Below, piece after piece: positions 49,555 to 60,325 of a DNA stretch of 64,000 nt (position 1 is its first letter; each line of letters opens with the position of its first letter). Source of the stretch: Microcoleaceae cyanobacterium (GTDB lineage Bacteria; Cyanobacteriota; Cyanobacteriia; Cyanobacteriales; Microcoleaceae). The translations under genes were made by a program, and so were the position numbers. The stretch lies in contig JBOFUV010000102.1 in NCBI GenBank assembly GCA_051652765.1, positions 14,959 through 78,958 on the forward strand. Reading direction: 5' to 3'. The notes under the pieces were generated by a model that was given only the letters and a program-made list of their open reading frames with translations, ran no database searches and was not told the DNA's origin.

Positions 49555-51657
49555 TTAGTTCTCTAGTTGCACAGTGAGTTCCTTGAGGACTAAACGAAAT
49601 GTTTGATCCCCTTTAGACAGGGTCACCAGTTGATAGGATTCTACCCCTTCTTGTACGGAATCGACTCTAGCTTTCAAGGGCCTTGCTCCAGCAGACAGAA
49701 TCCAGAGAAAACCCGCGTGTTGAGTCTGAGTTTCATAGAGAACGGCTGGGGCAGGAACTTTTTTTAGAGTCAATGGATCGCTGTACCAACCACAGGCTTG
49801 AGGCTCCATGCGGCCCCGACAAACTCGACCTAACACTGGAGATTTGAGCTGAATAAATCGAGCAATGGGGTCTTGACCCTCGCGCAATATTCCTTCCGAA
49901 CCCGTTAACTTGACTCGCAAATTGGGCGGGAAGTGAAAGGTTTGAATATAAGACTGCAAGGTATTACTCTCAAGCTGATCCCAAACCAGCAGGAGGTCAG
50001 AGCCAATGCGAGCAACAGTTCGAGTATGGATTACGCCGGGATAAGTTTGGTGTTGAGCTGTAACAAAATCTAGCCTTGAGGAACTGCCAAAGGCCATAAC
50101 CTGACCATTTTGGGGTACCACTCTCGCTTCGAGGGGGATTGGGTCTGCTGAAACTGCTTCAGGTTGCCGCGAGAAAGGATTGAGCCTCTCTAAACGATTA
50201 ACCAGGGTATTCACGTTGAGCCTGTTTACCCCAGAACCTTCGATCTCTCGTTTCCGGGGCATAGCTGGACTCTGATTTAAGAGTTGATTTAAGGGTTTTG
50301 AAGGTTTTACCTGAACGGTATTACTCCCGGCTGGACTGACAAAGTAAGGGTCAAGGGGTGCTTCAGTATGTTTGGAGGGATAGATCAATAACTCGCGATC
50401 GCCAATTCGAGCGGTGACCATCAGGGCATCTTGGTGGAAATTGGGGCTGTTGAGAATATGGGTTTTAAACACGGCCTCGAGTTCCTGATTGGAACCAGGG
50501 ACAAAAAAACTATATCCCCCTTGCCTGTAGAGATGTAGACCCCGAGAAATCTCACGCCGCTTCATCTTGACCAACAATCCTTGACCCAGGGCTGTTGACC
50601 CTAAATCCAGATTATTAAAGGCTTTGAGCAAGGTTGCGGTCATGTCTTTATTCGGATCGCTATCGGGCAACCCTTCAACCCGGCGATTACCCCCCATCAT
50701 TAGGGCCGAGGCTCCCAACATGCGGTCAAGTTTTTGGCGATAGGCTGCAGACAGGGGCAGGTTCATTCCTTGAACGGCCCGGTAGATCGCCATAAAATTC
50801 TGCACGGCAATGTGATGCACTTCTCCTGACTGTTCGAGGTGAATCCCATCTGCTGAAACGTTGTCTTGCATCTGCTGTTCTGCGCGCTCAACCCCCAACT
50901 CGATCCATAAATTGGCCTCCGGCAAGTCTTGAAAGACTGAACCCAGGGCCAGCAGCGCCAGACTATTCGCGAGCCCTTGATGGTGATCGGGTTTGTAAAC
51001 TAGGGGACGGGCAAGTACATTACCGTGGGTTTGGGCCAGGGTTTGTAGCTGTTGCAAGATCTCCGGATCGGATTTGTCGGATTTGGCGTAAACCCAATAA
51101 AAATAACTCAGAATGACAGCCCGCTCCGCCGTGGTCTGAGCTTCCCAAGCCCCAGTATTATTTTTCTCGGTCCAAGCTTCTGGAGAAGTTCCCAGGGCGT
51201 TGGCTTTTGCCCAGTTTAGAATGACAGACCGAGCCGTGTTTAAGGCAGTTTGATTTCCCCGTTCCCCAGCTCGGATGTAGCACGCTAGAAACCTGAGACT
51301 CTGTAAACGGGAAGACAAGTAAGGCGATCGCCCCGGAGTTTGCCACTGGGGAGACAGACCGATCTGTTCTGTTCCGGTTTCTAGGGACAGGGGATACTGT
51401 CCTGCTTCGAGCTGGGAAATGATCGTTTCGCAATTTTCTGGCAGATTCTCTGGATAAAATACAGGGGAGCCAACTTCAGATTGAGCCAAAGTTTGGGGTG
51501 TTGTCAATGTCAGCCCAATCAAGGTCAGAAATATAAGATTGCGAGAGCGACCTCGATCATTCTTTTTTGCCAAATTGTTCTGCAAACTTTTCTCCAAATT
51601 TTTCTTTTGAGAAAAACTTCGAGTTGGAAAAGACGTTAACGCGGAGAAGGGCTTCAT
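49555..51657 (-). CDS. Heparinase II/III-like exported protein
   Basis: HHQGL, DGIHLEQS..H and HQDAL motifs; N-terminal TM/signal segment. Confidence 0.75.
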   Translation of the reverse strand: MKPFSALTSFPTRSFSQKKNLEKSLQNNLAKKNDRGRSRNLIFLTLIGLTLTTPQTLAQSEVGSPVFYPENLPENCETIISQLEAGQYPLSLETGTEQIGLSPQWQTPGRSPYLSSRLQSLRFLACYIRAGERGNQTALNTARSVILNWAKANALGTSPEAWTEKNNTGAWEAQTTAERAVILSYFYWVYAKSDKSDPEILQQLQTLAQTHGNVLARPLVYKPDHHQGLANSLALLALGSVFQDLPEANLWIELGVERAEQQMQDNVSADGIHLEQSGEVHHIAVQNFMAIYRAVQGMNLPLSAAYRQKLDRMLGASALMMGGNRRVEGLPDSDPNKDMTATLLKAFNNLDLGSTALGQGLLVKMKRREISRGLHLYRQGGYSFFVPGSNQELEAVFKTHILNSPNFHQDALMVTARIGDRELLIYPSKHTEAPLDPYFVSPAGSNTVQVKPSKPLNQLLNQSPAMPRKREIEGSGVNRLNVNTLVNRLERLNPFSRQPEAVSADPIPLEARVVPQNGQVMAFGSSSRLDFVTAQHQTYPGVIHTRTVARIGSDLLLVWDQLESNTLQSYIQTFHFPPNLRVKLTGSEGILREGQDPIARFIQLKSPVLGRVCRGRMEPQACGWYSDPLTLKKVPAPAVLYETQTQHAGFLWILSAGARPLKARVDSVQEGVESYQLVTLSKGDQTFRLVLKELTVQLEN

Positions 51658-51739
51658 GGTTAAACTGAGTTAAACTGAACGTTGAATTTGACTTGTAGAT
51701 TTGACTTGTACGGTTGACTTGTACAGTTGACCGAAGAAT

Positions 51740-52639
51740 TTACGCACTCACAATAAAGCCAATTCCTAACAGCAATCCGCTCCAGAACTGTAGAGAAATG
51801 GCGATAAATTTACAGTTGCTCACGGACTCGGGTTGATTATGATTTTCGCTGACATGCTGACAAAGGCGAATTGCCGCAGGTAACCCAGCAAAGCTCAAAA
51901 GGGTGCCAACGGGAAAGAATCCTAAACTAACTGCCAGAATCACTAACCCAAAAACGCTGCCACAACACCAGGGTAATAGCTTGGCCCCTTGCTCTGTACC
52001 CAAACGGACAATCGGTGATCGCTTGCCCGCCGCCAAGTCATCTTCAACTTGGTGAAAGTGAGAACAAAAAAGAATTAAAGTTGTGGTGATGCCCAAAATA
52101 ATCGAAGCAATCAGGCTCAAACTTGACCAAGTTTGGGTTTGACTGTAGTAAGCCGCAGAAACCCCTAAAGGCCCAAAAGCCAGGAAACACAGAATTTCCC
52201 CTAACCCTTGATATCCCAACCGAAAAGGGGGCCCTTGATAGAGATAGCCCAGGAAACAACAGGTCAGAATTAGCCCCAGTATAGTGAAATCCTGTTGCCA
52301 CCAACAGATTGTCAGGATTCCGATCATTCCAGTGGTCAGGCAGAGATTACCTAGTCCAAAAACCAAGGCTTTATTCCCAGTTAAATTCACCAACGAGTGA
52401 AGTTTGTTCTGATCAATTCCTGTTTCTGAATCAAATACATCATTCAGTAAGTTTTCCCAGGCCAAGATCAGAATTGCCGAACCCAAGAATACAGAGAAAA
52501 TCCTCCAATTCATCATCTGGGTTTGATAAAAAGCAACGGCTGTTCCCAGCCAGATTGGCATGATTGCTACGCTGTACATTGGAGGTTTGATCGCTGCTAG
52601 CCAAAGCTTTCTATCAGAATTTTCAAGGAGAGTCGTCAT
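51740..52639 (-). CDS. menA: DHNA phytyltransferase
   Basis: LWLAAIKPPMY, NDVFDSETGID and HFHQVEDD motifs. Confidence 0.94.
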   Translation of the reverse strand: MTTLLENSDRKLWLAAIKPPMYSVAIMPIWLGTAVAFYQTQMMNWRIFSVFLGSAILILAWENLLNDVFDSETGIDQNKLHSLVNLTGNKALVFGLGNLCLTTGMIGILTICWWQQDFTILGLILTCCFLGYLYQGPPFRLGYQGLGEILCFLAFGPLGVSAAYYSQTQTWSSLSLIASIILGITTTLILFCSHFHQVEDDLAAGKRSPIVRLGTEQGAKLLPWCCGSVFGLVILAVSLGFFPVGTLLSFAGLPAAIRLCQHVSENHNQPESVSNCKFIAISLQFWSGLLLGIGFIVSA

Positions 52640-52731
52640 AATGAGTTGCCATTTTAAGTTGTCATCTTAGGAGTAGAAGCTAGGCGGAGAAATTGAGATT
52701 AGAACTGTTTTAGAGTGTGTTTAGCCCCACC

Positions 52732-54117
52732 CTAATCCTGCCGTTGTAACTGTTTTTCTCTCACTGTCTTTCTTTGGCTGTGCTCTGCCACAACAGTTAA
52801 CTGAAAGTGAGCTGAAGGCACAATTGTAATCCCCCGTCGCACAGGTCGAACAGGTTTGCTGTCAGTTAATTGAAGGGTGTAATGGTAAAGAATTGTTGCT
52901 AAAACGAGCTTCATTTCAAACAGAGACAAGGCCATCCCAATACAACTTCGACTGCCGCCGCCAAACGGAAAATATTCATAGGGAGAAAACTTTTGATCCA
53001 GAAAACGGTCAGGATTAAACATTTCCGGCTGAGGAAAAACCTGAGGACGACGATGGGCCAAGTGAATACAGGGAACAACAATCGTTCCGGGAGGAAATGG
53101 ATACCCTTCAAGTTCAACCGTCTCCTTGACTAAACGGGGCTGAGCAATCAAGGCAATGGGATGAATTCGCAGGGTTTCTTGACAGACTGCATTCAGGTAG
53201 GGAAGCTGAGCAATCACCAAGGGATCGGGTTCAGGGCCTAGAAGGTCTAATTCCTGACGGAGACGAACCTGTACCTCTGGATATCGGTGAATCCAATAAA
53301 AAGCCCACGCCAAAGCAGAAGCTGTGGTATCTTGACCCAGTAGCAAAATTGTTATCAGTTGATCTCGAAGTTCCTGGTCTGTGAGGGAGTCTCCCGCCTC
53401 GTCTTGAGCTGCAATCAGCAAGGACAGCAAATCTTCCCCTGTTCCACTGAGACGGCGTTTGGCAATTTCAGCATAGATTAACTTGTCAATTTGCTGTTGT
53501 TGTCGAAGAAATCTGCCCCAAGGACTCCAAGCTCCCCAATCTTGCTGGAGGGGCGGCCAAAAAAATTGGAGGGAATTGAGGGGAGAATTTACCCCTTCCA
53601 AAAAAGGTTTAATCAGGGTACTCAGCTGAGTCTGTCGGGAACTCGCCTCCAACCCAAACACAACGCGCAGAATCACCTGCAACGCGATGTCAGCCGTGGA
53701 GTTGCGGATGAGGATAGTTTGCCCAGTCACCCAATTGGCAATTGCTTCTGAAGTGATTTTGCAGACCAGATTCCCATACGTGGGCAAGCGTTTACCGTGT
53801 AGCGGTGGCATTAACAGTTGCCGTAGACGTTGGTGACGCTGACCTTCCTGAGTAATCAGGGATTGAGACCCGACTAAAGGCTTGAAAACATGGGTAATCT
53901 GGCCCAACTCAAACTTCCCTGCTGCTGTAGTGAAAATCGCCTCTAGGGTTTGGGGATGGCTCACGAAGATGACAGGTGGCGAACTGCCCCCCAGAACTCT
54001 GAGGGTAAAGGTGTTGCCATATCGACTGGCACAGTTTTCCAGAAATTGAAGCGGTTGAGCAATAATCTGTAGGGTTTGGAGGAAAGCAGGGAGCCTGGGG
54101 CCATCAGGCAATCTCAT
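52732..54117 (-). CDS. Cytochrome P450 (CYP110-like)
   Basis: LPDGP, ETLR, F.PDRF and PFGGGSRSCIG heme motif; I-helix reads LGQDTT. Confidence 0.93.
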   Translation of the reverse strand: MRLPDGPRLPAFLQTLQIIAQPLQFLENCASRYGNTFTLRVLGGSSPPVIFVSHPQTLEAIFTTAAGKFELGQITHVFKPLVGSQSLITQEGQRHQRLRQLLMPPLHGKRLPTYGNLVCKITSEAIANWVTGQTILIRNSTADIALQVILRVVFGLEASSRQTQLSTLIKPFLEGVNSPLNSLQFFWPPLQQDWGAWSPWGRFLRQQQQIDKLIYAEIAKRRLSGTGEDLLSLLIAAQDEAGDSLTDQELRDQLITILLLGQDTTASALAWAFYWIHRYPEVQVRLRQELDLLGPEPDPLVIAQLPYLNAVCQETLRIHPIALIAQPRLVKETVELEGYPFPPGTIVVPCIHLAHRRPQVFPQPEMFNPDRFLDQKFSPYEYFPFGGGSRSCIGMALSLFEMKLVLATILYHYTLQLTDSKPVRPVRRGITIVPSAHFQLTVVAEHSQRKTVREKQLQRQD

Positions 54118-54257
54118 AGATTTTTCGCTTAGACGAGAACAGACTGAAGCATTTCGAGTTTCAGGTTTTGATTGTACCACTTCAAATTAACTCAAGGGAC
54201 TTTACAGAAAATTACAAAGGAGTTCAAGGGACTTTTTTCTGTTCTACACTAGACTTT

Positions 54258-54296
54258 TTATATGGGCTAGTTATATGGGCTAGTTATATGGGCTAG
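54258..54296. repeat. Tandem repeat TTATATGGGCTAG x3
   Basis: Perfect 13-bp period. Confidence 0.95.
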
Positions 54297-54482
54297 AACT
54301 TCGTTTTCCCCTAATCCTGTCACAGAATTGATCATGCTTCTCTGCTCGACTTGCAAAAAAAATGCAACACAATACTCGTGCACAAAAAAAATTCGCAAAA
54401 TGGTATTACCATAGAAGAACTTGACTTAAGCTAGAGAAACCTGGTTTTCTCGCTGACTTTATAACTCTTTTTTTAATGTTCT

Positions 54483-55988
54483 ATGTTGGTTTTACCTTCT
54501 CCTAAAATAATATTGAAGGATCATTATGAATTTCATCGATTTCTATTAGATTTTCAACAGAATTTACCGTTGCATGAGTCTCCTAAGATTCTGAGTATTA
54601 CCCAGGAAATCGATCCGATTGATCCCCTTCATGCTTTAGCCCGGTTTTCTCGAACAGATCAATTGCATTTTTATTGTGAGAAGCCTGAACTTGGGGAAGC
54701 GATCGCCGCATTTGATGCAGTTCTCCACTTTACTGGAGACGGAAAAAATCGATTTTTTCAGAGTCTAGAGTTTATTCGCAAATGGCAGAAGCAAATCGTC
54801 AGAGTCGGAAGTTTCAAATCAAGTGCCGCCCCTCATTTTTGTTGTAGTTTTACGTTTTTTGAGGACAACGATCAATTTGATCACTCCCTGCATCAGCCTC
54901 AATTTCAATACTGTAATGCCTACTCTTCTCTAACTGATGAACAATGCTCTCATTTTCCGGTCGGCAATTTTTCTCCGGCCAGTCTTTTCCTGCCTGCCCT
55001 ACAAATTTTAAAGCAAGGAGAAGATTATTTCTTAACCTTAAATCTGGCGCTCAATCCACAACTTGATATTGAAACAACAGCACTTCAACTCTGGGATAAA
55101 ATCAATCAAATTCGGTTTATGACCAGGGAGGCTTTTGTGCTCACTCAACATCGAAAGCTGAGTGAGAATTTGACGCGGCTCTCCCCTCAGCAAGGAGAGT
55201 CTTTTCAGGGGGCGGTTCGCTCTGCTCTTGGCTTGATTGGCTCTAAGACGTTAGATAAAATTGTGCTTGCCCAAGCGATTGACGTGCAAGGCCCCCAGCC
55301 TTTTAACTTGACTCATTCCCTGGCAAATTTACGGTTGCTTTATCCAGATTGTTGCATTTTCTCCACCAGCAATGGCCAGGGACAAACTTTTATTGGGGCT
55401 AGCCCAGAACGCCTTGTCGCCGTTCATAACCAGGAACTGATCACAGATGCCCTAGCAGGCTCAGCCCCTAGGGGAAGAACGGCAACGGAAGATACTCGCT
55501 TTGTGAATCAACTGCTGTGTAGTGAAAAAGATCGCTGGGAGCATCAGGTTGTTGTTGATTTTATTACTCAAAGTTTGCGAGAATTAGGGCTAGATCCTCA
55601 GCGATCGCCCCACCCTTGTCTGATGCAATTGTCCAATATTCAACACCTGTGGACACCCATCAAAGCGCATCTTTCACGAGATATTCATCTGCTCGAAATT
55701 CTGGCAAAACTTCATCCTACTCCAGCGGCAGCGGGCAACTCTCGAGAGATTGCTCAGATTCAGATTCGGCGCTATGAGTCTTTTAATCGTTTGCTTTATG
55801 CAGCACCGATTGGCTGGATTAATGCGGATGGCAATGGCGAATTTATCGTAGGCATTCGTTCTGCTTTGATTCAAGGCAATTGTGCGCGGTTGTTTGCGGG
55901 GGCAGGAATTGTCGCGGGTTCGGAACCTGCCAAGGAATTTGCTGAAATTCAGCTCAAATTTCAGGCCCTTTTAAAAGCATTGGTTTAA
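54483..55988 (+). CDS. menF: Isochorismate synthase
   Basis: KIVLA, FIGASPERL, ALAGSAPRG, LHPTPA and AGAGIV motifs. Confidence 0.93.
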   Translation: MLVLPSPKIILKDHYEFHRFLLDFQQNLPLHESPKILSITQEIDPIDPLHALARFSRTDQLHFYCEKPELGEAIAAFDAVLHFTGDGKNRFFQSLEFIRKWQKQIVRVGSFKSSAAPHFCCSFTFFEDNDQFDHSLHQPQFQYCNAYSSLTDEQCSHFPVGNFSPASLFLPALQILKQGEDYFLTLNLALNPQLDIETTALQLWDKINQIRFMTREAFVLTQHRKLSENLTRLSPQQGESFQGAVRSALGLIGSKTLDKIVLAQAIDVQGPQPFNLTHSLANLRLLYPDCCIFSTSNGQGQTFIGASPERLVAVHNQELITDALAGSAPRGRTATEDTRFVNQLLCSEKDRWEHQVVVDFITQSLRELGLDPQRSPHPCLMQLSNIQHLWTPIKAHLSRDIHLLEILAKLHPTPAAAGNSREIAQIQIRRYESFNRLLYAAPIGWINADGNGEFIVGIRSALIQGNCARLFAGAGIVAGSEPAKEFAEIQLKFQALLKALV

Positions 55989-56007
55989 TATTTAAGGCTC
56001 AGACCCT

Positions 56008-56078
56008 TAGATTCGGGACTTTGGATTCAGAACTTTGGATTTAGAACTTTAGATTCAGGACTTTAGATTTAGAACTTT
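56008..56078. repeat. Degenerate 14-bp tandem repeat (T(A/G)GATT(C/T)AG(A/G)ACTT) x5 ending at the thiL ATG
   Basis: Read directly. Confidence 0.88.
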
Positions 56079-57083
56079 ATGCAAGTTCGAGAACTGGGTG
56101 AACAGGGATTATTGAAACTGGTACAACAGTTTTGTCCGAGAGAAATCATTGGCGATGATGCCGCAATTCTGACCCCCAATCCCAATCAGAACTTAGTGAT
56201 TACTACCGACCTGTTAGTGGATGGAGTGCATTTTAGCGATCAAACCACATCGGCTACAGATGTAGGTTGGCGAGCAACGGCGGCAAATTTATCAGACCTA
56301 GCGGCCATGGGAGCAACTCCTCTAGGCATTACCGTTGCTCTGGGGCTTCCTGGAGAGATCGAAGTAGATTGGGTTGAGGAATTGTACAGGGGCATGTCGG
56401 CTTGTTTGGGTCAGTTTCAAACGCCGATTTTAGGGGGGGATCTCTGCCGATCTGCCGTTCGGACAGTGGCAATTACGGCATTGGGTCAGGTTGAGCCTCG
56501 CCAGGTTATCCAGCGTTCCACTTGCAAACCGGGAGATAGATTCATCGTGACAGGATATCATGGCAGTTCTCGCGCTGGACTGGAACTTCTACTCAATCCC
56601 GAACAACGGCAAACCCTTCACCCGGATACTTGCGATCGCCTAATTCAAGCCCATCAGCGCCCCCAACCTCGGTTAGACGTTCTGCCCTTGCTGCAAGAAC
56701 TATTCACTGCCGAACCCAATTTAACCATTGCAGGCATGGACAGCAGTGATGGGTTGGCGGATGCCATACTGCAACTCTGTCGAGCCAGTGGGGTAGGGGC
56801 TAGAATCATCCAAGGCCAGATCCCGATTGCCCACACGCTCCAACAATTTGTTGGCCCGGAACAAGCCTTGAATTGGGCGCTCTATGGCGGCGAAGATTTT
56901 GAATTGGTGTTGTGCCTGCCTGCTGAATCGGCTCAACCCTTGGTGCAAAGTCTAGGGAGCAACTCCGCAATCATTGGAATTGCGACTCAAGACCCCAGGG
57001 TTCTGCTGGTTAATCATCTAGAAAGCCAACGAGCCAACGTTGAACGAGAGCTATCTCTGGAGGCAGGATTTCAGCACTTCTAA
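56079..57083 (+). CDS. thiL: Thiamine-phosphate kinase
   Basis: IGDDAA, NLSDLAAMGA, MDSSDGL and GGEDFEL motifs. Confidence 0.95.
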   Translation: MQVRELGEQGLLKLVQQFCPREIIGDDAAILTPNPNQNLVITTDLLVDGVHFSDQTTSATDVGWRATAANLSDLAAMGATPLGITVALGLPGEIEVDWVEELYRGMSACLGQFQTPILGGDLCRSAVRTVAITALGQVEPRQVIQRSTCKPGDRFIVTGYHGSSRAGLELLLNPEQRQTLHPDTCDRLIQAHQRPQPRLDVLPLLQELFTAEPNLTIAGMDSSDGLADAILQLCRASGVGARIIQGQIPIAHTLQQFVGPEQALNWALYGGEDFELVLCLPAESAQPLVQSLGSNSAIIGIATQDPRVLLVNHLESQRANVERELSLEAGFQHF

Positions 57084-57120
57084 ATCATTATTGTTAAATC
57101 ATTACTGTTAAATCATTGCT
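57081..57120. repeat. Tandem repeat TAAATCATTA(T/C)TGT x~3 starting at the thiL stop
   Basis: 14-bp period. Confidence 0.85.
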
Positions 57121-57230
57121 TGATCGGCTCACCAGAGCCTTAGAAAGGGGGCAAGACCCCTCAATCTATCTTAGTTCTTAATTTTCAATTAAGAATTGAA
57201 GGAATTTTGAAGGTTCCAAATAGAATTAAA

Positions 57231-57260
57231 CTGAGGGGTAGCTTTACCTAATCCCCTCAG
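57231..57260 (-). terminator. Hairpin downstream of gap2
   Basis: CTGAGGGG...CCCCTCAG followed by a U-rich tract on the minus strand. Confidence 0.7.
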
Positions 57261-57293
57261 CACTTCAAATAGAATTTTTACTCGATGTGTTTT

Positions 57294-58313
57294 CTAGCCT
57301 TGCCAATGCTTTGCAATCAGTTCTGCCAGATCAACAACCCGCTGGCTATAGCCCCATTCGTTGTCATACCAGGCAATTACCTTAACAAGATCCCCATCTA
57401 TCACCATGGTGAGGCTAGCATCAACAATAGAAGAAGAATCACTTCCCCTGTAGTCGGAGGAGACAAGCTCAAGATCGCTGTATTCTAAAATGCCCTTCAT
57501 AGGCCCTTCTGCTGCGGTTCTGAGGGCCTGATTCACTTCCTCTGCAAAAGTCTTTTTCTCAACTTGAGCAACAAAGTCAACCACTGAGACGTTTGGAGTT
57601 GGTACTCGCATCGCAATTCCATTGAGCTTGCCCTTCAGTTCAGGAATCACTAGTGCTACAGCCTTAGCTGCCCCGGTAGAGGTTGGCACAATATTCACTG
57701 CGGCTGCACGGGCTCGACGAACATCTCGGTGACTCGCGTCTAAAAGCCGCTGATCCCCAGTGTAACTGTGGGTCGTTGTCATTGTTCCCTTGATAATGCC
57801 GAAACTGTCGTTCAGGACTTTTGCGACTGGAGCAAGGCAATTCGTTGTACAGCTCGCATTACTGAACACGTTGAATTCGTCAGGCTTATAGTCTTTGTCA
57901 TTCACGCCCATGACAAAGGTTCCAATATTGCCGCCCTTACCAGGAGCAGTAATCAGTACCTTTTTAGCGCCCGCCGTCAAGTGCTTAGAAGCCCCTTCCT
58001 CGGTCACAAAAACACCTGTAGCTTCGATGATCAAGTCAATTCCCCAATCCTTCCAGGGCAGGTTTAGGGGTTCCCGATCCGAAACACACTTAACGGTTTT
58101 GCCGTTGATCGTCATTGAGTTCTCATCGGCGCTAATGTCTACCCCTTTCAAAACTCCCAGCATTGAGTCATATTTCAACAAATGAGAGTTTGTTTTTGGG
58201 TCTGAAGTGTCATTGACTGCAACAATTTCGAGATTACTATTTTCTCGAGTCAGCCAACAACGCATAAAATTTCGTCCAATGCGTCCAAATCCATTAATTG
58301 CGACTTTAATCAC
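57294..58313 (-). CDS. gap2: NAD(P)-dependent glyceraldehyde-3-phosphate dehydrogenase (Calvin cycle type)
   Basis: [19 protein letters not shown] and [11 protein letters not shown] motifs; GTG 58313 with AGGAGG SD. Confidence 0.95.
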   Translation of the reverse strand: MIKVAINGFGRIGRNFMRCWLTRENSNLEIVAVNDTSDPKTNSHLLKYDSMLGVLKGVDISADENSMTINGKTVKCVSDREPLNLPWKDWGIDLIIEATGVFVTEEGASKHLTAGAKKVLITAPGKGGNIGTFVMGVNDKDYKPDEFNVFSNASCTTNCLAPVAKVLNDSFGIIKGTMTTTHSYTGDQRLLDASHRDVRRARAAAVNIVPTSTGAAKAVALVIPELKGKLNGIAMRVPTPNVSVVDFVAQVEKKTFAEEVNQALRTAAEGPMKGILEYSDLELVSSDYRGSDSSSIVDASLTMVIDGDLVKVIAWYDNEWGYSQRVVDLAELIAKHWQG

Positions 58314-58683
58314 CTTATTCCTCCTAACGCGGCGTTTCCCAACTCGGAATAGCCTTCTCAAAGTAAGTTCCTAATGACCCCAATCATACAGCAAAGGCTG
58401 ATCCATTCCTACTCTCGATCAGGAATCCTCCCAAGGGGAATATTGAGCCTGAAAAGTTGCCAGTTTATTCAAACTAAAACTTGAATCTAAATTTTAGGAG
58501 ACGTCCGGTAATTTACATTTGGGGGGAGGATATAGTATACAACTACTACAGGATTTGACCCTTTTTTTGAAAGGATCACATAGAATGCACTCTAAAAGTA
58601 AGAATCAAACTTCCCCGAGAAAGTTCAATTCTTGATATGATATCGCCTGTTATTGGCATGGTGTGGTGTGTTGAGGAGCTAAA

Positions 58684-60213
58684 ATGCATAGTTCTGTTGA
58701 TTTTAGTGGCCGACCCTTCCATTTCATCGGCATCGGTGGAATTGGGATGTCTGCTCTTGCTTATATTCTAGCAAAGCGTAACTTGCCAATCTATGGCTCT
58801 GATCTGCAAATGAGCCATATTACCCAACGGCTTCAGTCTTTGGGTGCTCATATCTTTTGGGGTCAGGACGCGAGCAATTTTGAGGTCTTTCAGCAAGCTG
58901 GGCCTCTCGGTGATCCCGATGTCCAAGCCCGAATGAAAAATCTAGAATCTTCTGAGGGGCTGGTTCCTGAGGTTGAGATTTCCCTGGCAAGTTCCAATGG
59001 CAAAGCTTTTTCATCGCTAGAGTTGCCTCAGGTGATTTGTTCTACAGCAATTCATCCAGACAACTCTGAATATCGAGCAGCGGTTGCCTTGGGCTGTCCT
59101 ATCTTTCACCGCTCAGATTTGCTGGCCGCTTTGGTTCGAGATTATGACGGAATTGCTGTGGCTGGAACCCACGGCAAAACGACGACTAGTAGCTTGACGG
59201 CATTTATGCTGCTTCAGGCTGGTTTAGACCCCACTATTCTGGTGGGGGGTGAGGTGAGTGCCTGGGAAGGTAATGCCCGCATAGGAAACAGCCCGTACAT
59301 GGTTGTTGAAGCAGATGAGTCCGATGGTTCCCTGGTTAAGTTGACAGCCAAGATTGGAGTTGTAACGAATATTGAACTCGATCATCCGGATCACTATGAA
59401 AGTTTGGCGCAGGTTGTCTCAATCTTTCAGGAGTTTGCCAAGAATTGCAAAACTTTAGTGGGTTGTATCGACTGCACGACCGTACGAGAATATCTGAACC
59501 CAGACATTACCTATAGTTTGAACCCTGATTTGGGGGCAGACTACACGGTTGATTGTGTAGAGTACTCTGCTGGAGGGACGGTCGCTCAAGTTTGGGAGCG
59601 GGGCCAAGCCCTGGGTGAATTACGGGTGCAGTTGCTGGGTCAACACAACCTGCAGAATGTGCTGGCAACAGTTGCAACAGGGAGACTGTTGGGGCTGGAG
59701 TTTGATGTGATTGCTCAAGCGATCGCCGGGTTTGAGGGGGCAAGGCGAAGATTTGAACAGCGGGGCTATTACAACGACATTTTATTTGTGGATGACTATG
59801 CTCATCACCCTAGCGAGATTCGGGTGACTTTGGCAGCAGCCAACCTGAAAAAGCAAGCGCAATGTCATTCTACTCAGGCTCCGGTTCGGCGTGTCGTCGC
59901 TATCTTTCAGCCCCATCGCTATAGCCGCACTCAGACGTTTCTGGCAGACTTTGCTGAGTCCTTTGATCGAGCAGATTTAGTGGTGATTACAGATATTTAC
60001 GGCGCAGGTGAGCCTGATACAGGTCTAGTGAGTGGGCAGCAGTTGGCCAACTTGATTGCACTCCCTCACTCCCAGGTCTTCTATGAGCCATCCCTTGAGT
60101 CCGTTAAAACCCGATTGGCTGAGGTTCTTCAACCGGGAGACTTGGCGTTGTTTTTGGGGGCTGGGAATCTGAACAAGATCATCCCAGAGGTTATGGCATC
60201 TTATCAAGCCTAA
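58684..60213 (+). CDS. murC: UDP-N-acetylmuramate--L-alanine ligase
   Basis: HFIGIGGIGMS, GTHGKTTT, EADESDG and DDYAHHP motifs. Confidence 0.96.
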   Translation: MHSSVDFSGRPFHFIGIGGIGMSALAYILAKRNLPIYGSDLQMSHITQRLQSLGAHIFWGQDASNFEVFQQAGPLGDPDVQARMKNLESSEGLVPEVEISLASSNGKAFSSLELPQVICSTAIHPDNSEYRAAVALGCPIFHRSDLLAALVRDYDGIAVAGTHGKTTTSSLTAFMLLQAGLDPTILVGGEVSAWEGNARIGNSPYMVVEADESDGSLVKLTAKIGVVTNIELDHPDHYESLAQVVSIFQEFAKNCKTLVGCIDCTTVREYLNPDITYSLNPDLGADYTVDCVEYSAGGTVAQVWERGQALGELRVQLLGQHNLQNVLATVATGRLLGLEFDVIAQAIAGFEGARRRFEQRGYYNDILFVDDYAHHPSEIRVTLAAANLKKQAQCHSTQAPVRRVVAIFQPHRYSRTQTFLADFAESFDRADLVVITDIYGAGEPDTGLVSGQQLANLIALPHSQVFYEPSLESVKTRLAEVLQPGDLALFLGAGNLNKIIPEVMASYQA

Positions 60214-60325
60214 CCTGACTTGCAGGTGAATCAAACTTAGGCACCCGTGATGTCTAAATTGGGTTGCTAAGCTCTCACTGCGTAGATTGTGCTGTTTATC
60301 TGAGACATTACTCCAGGACTTAATC

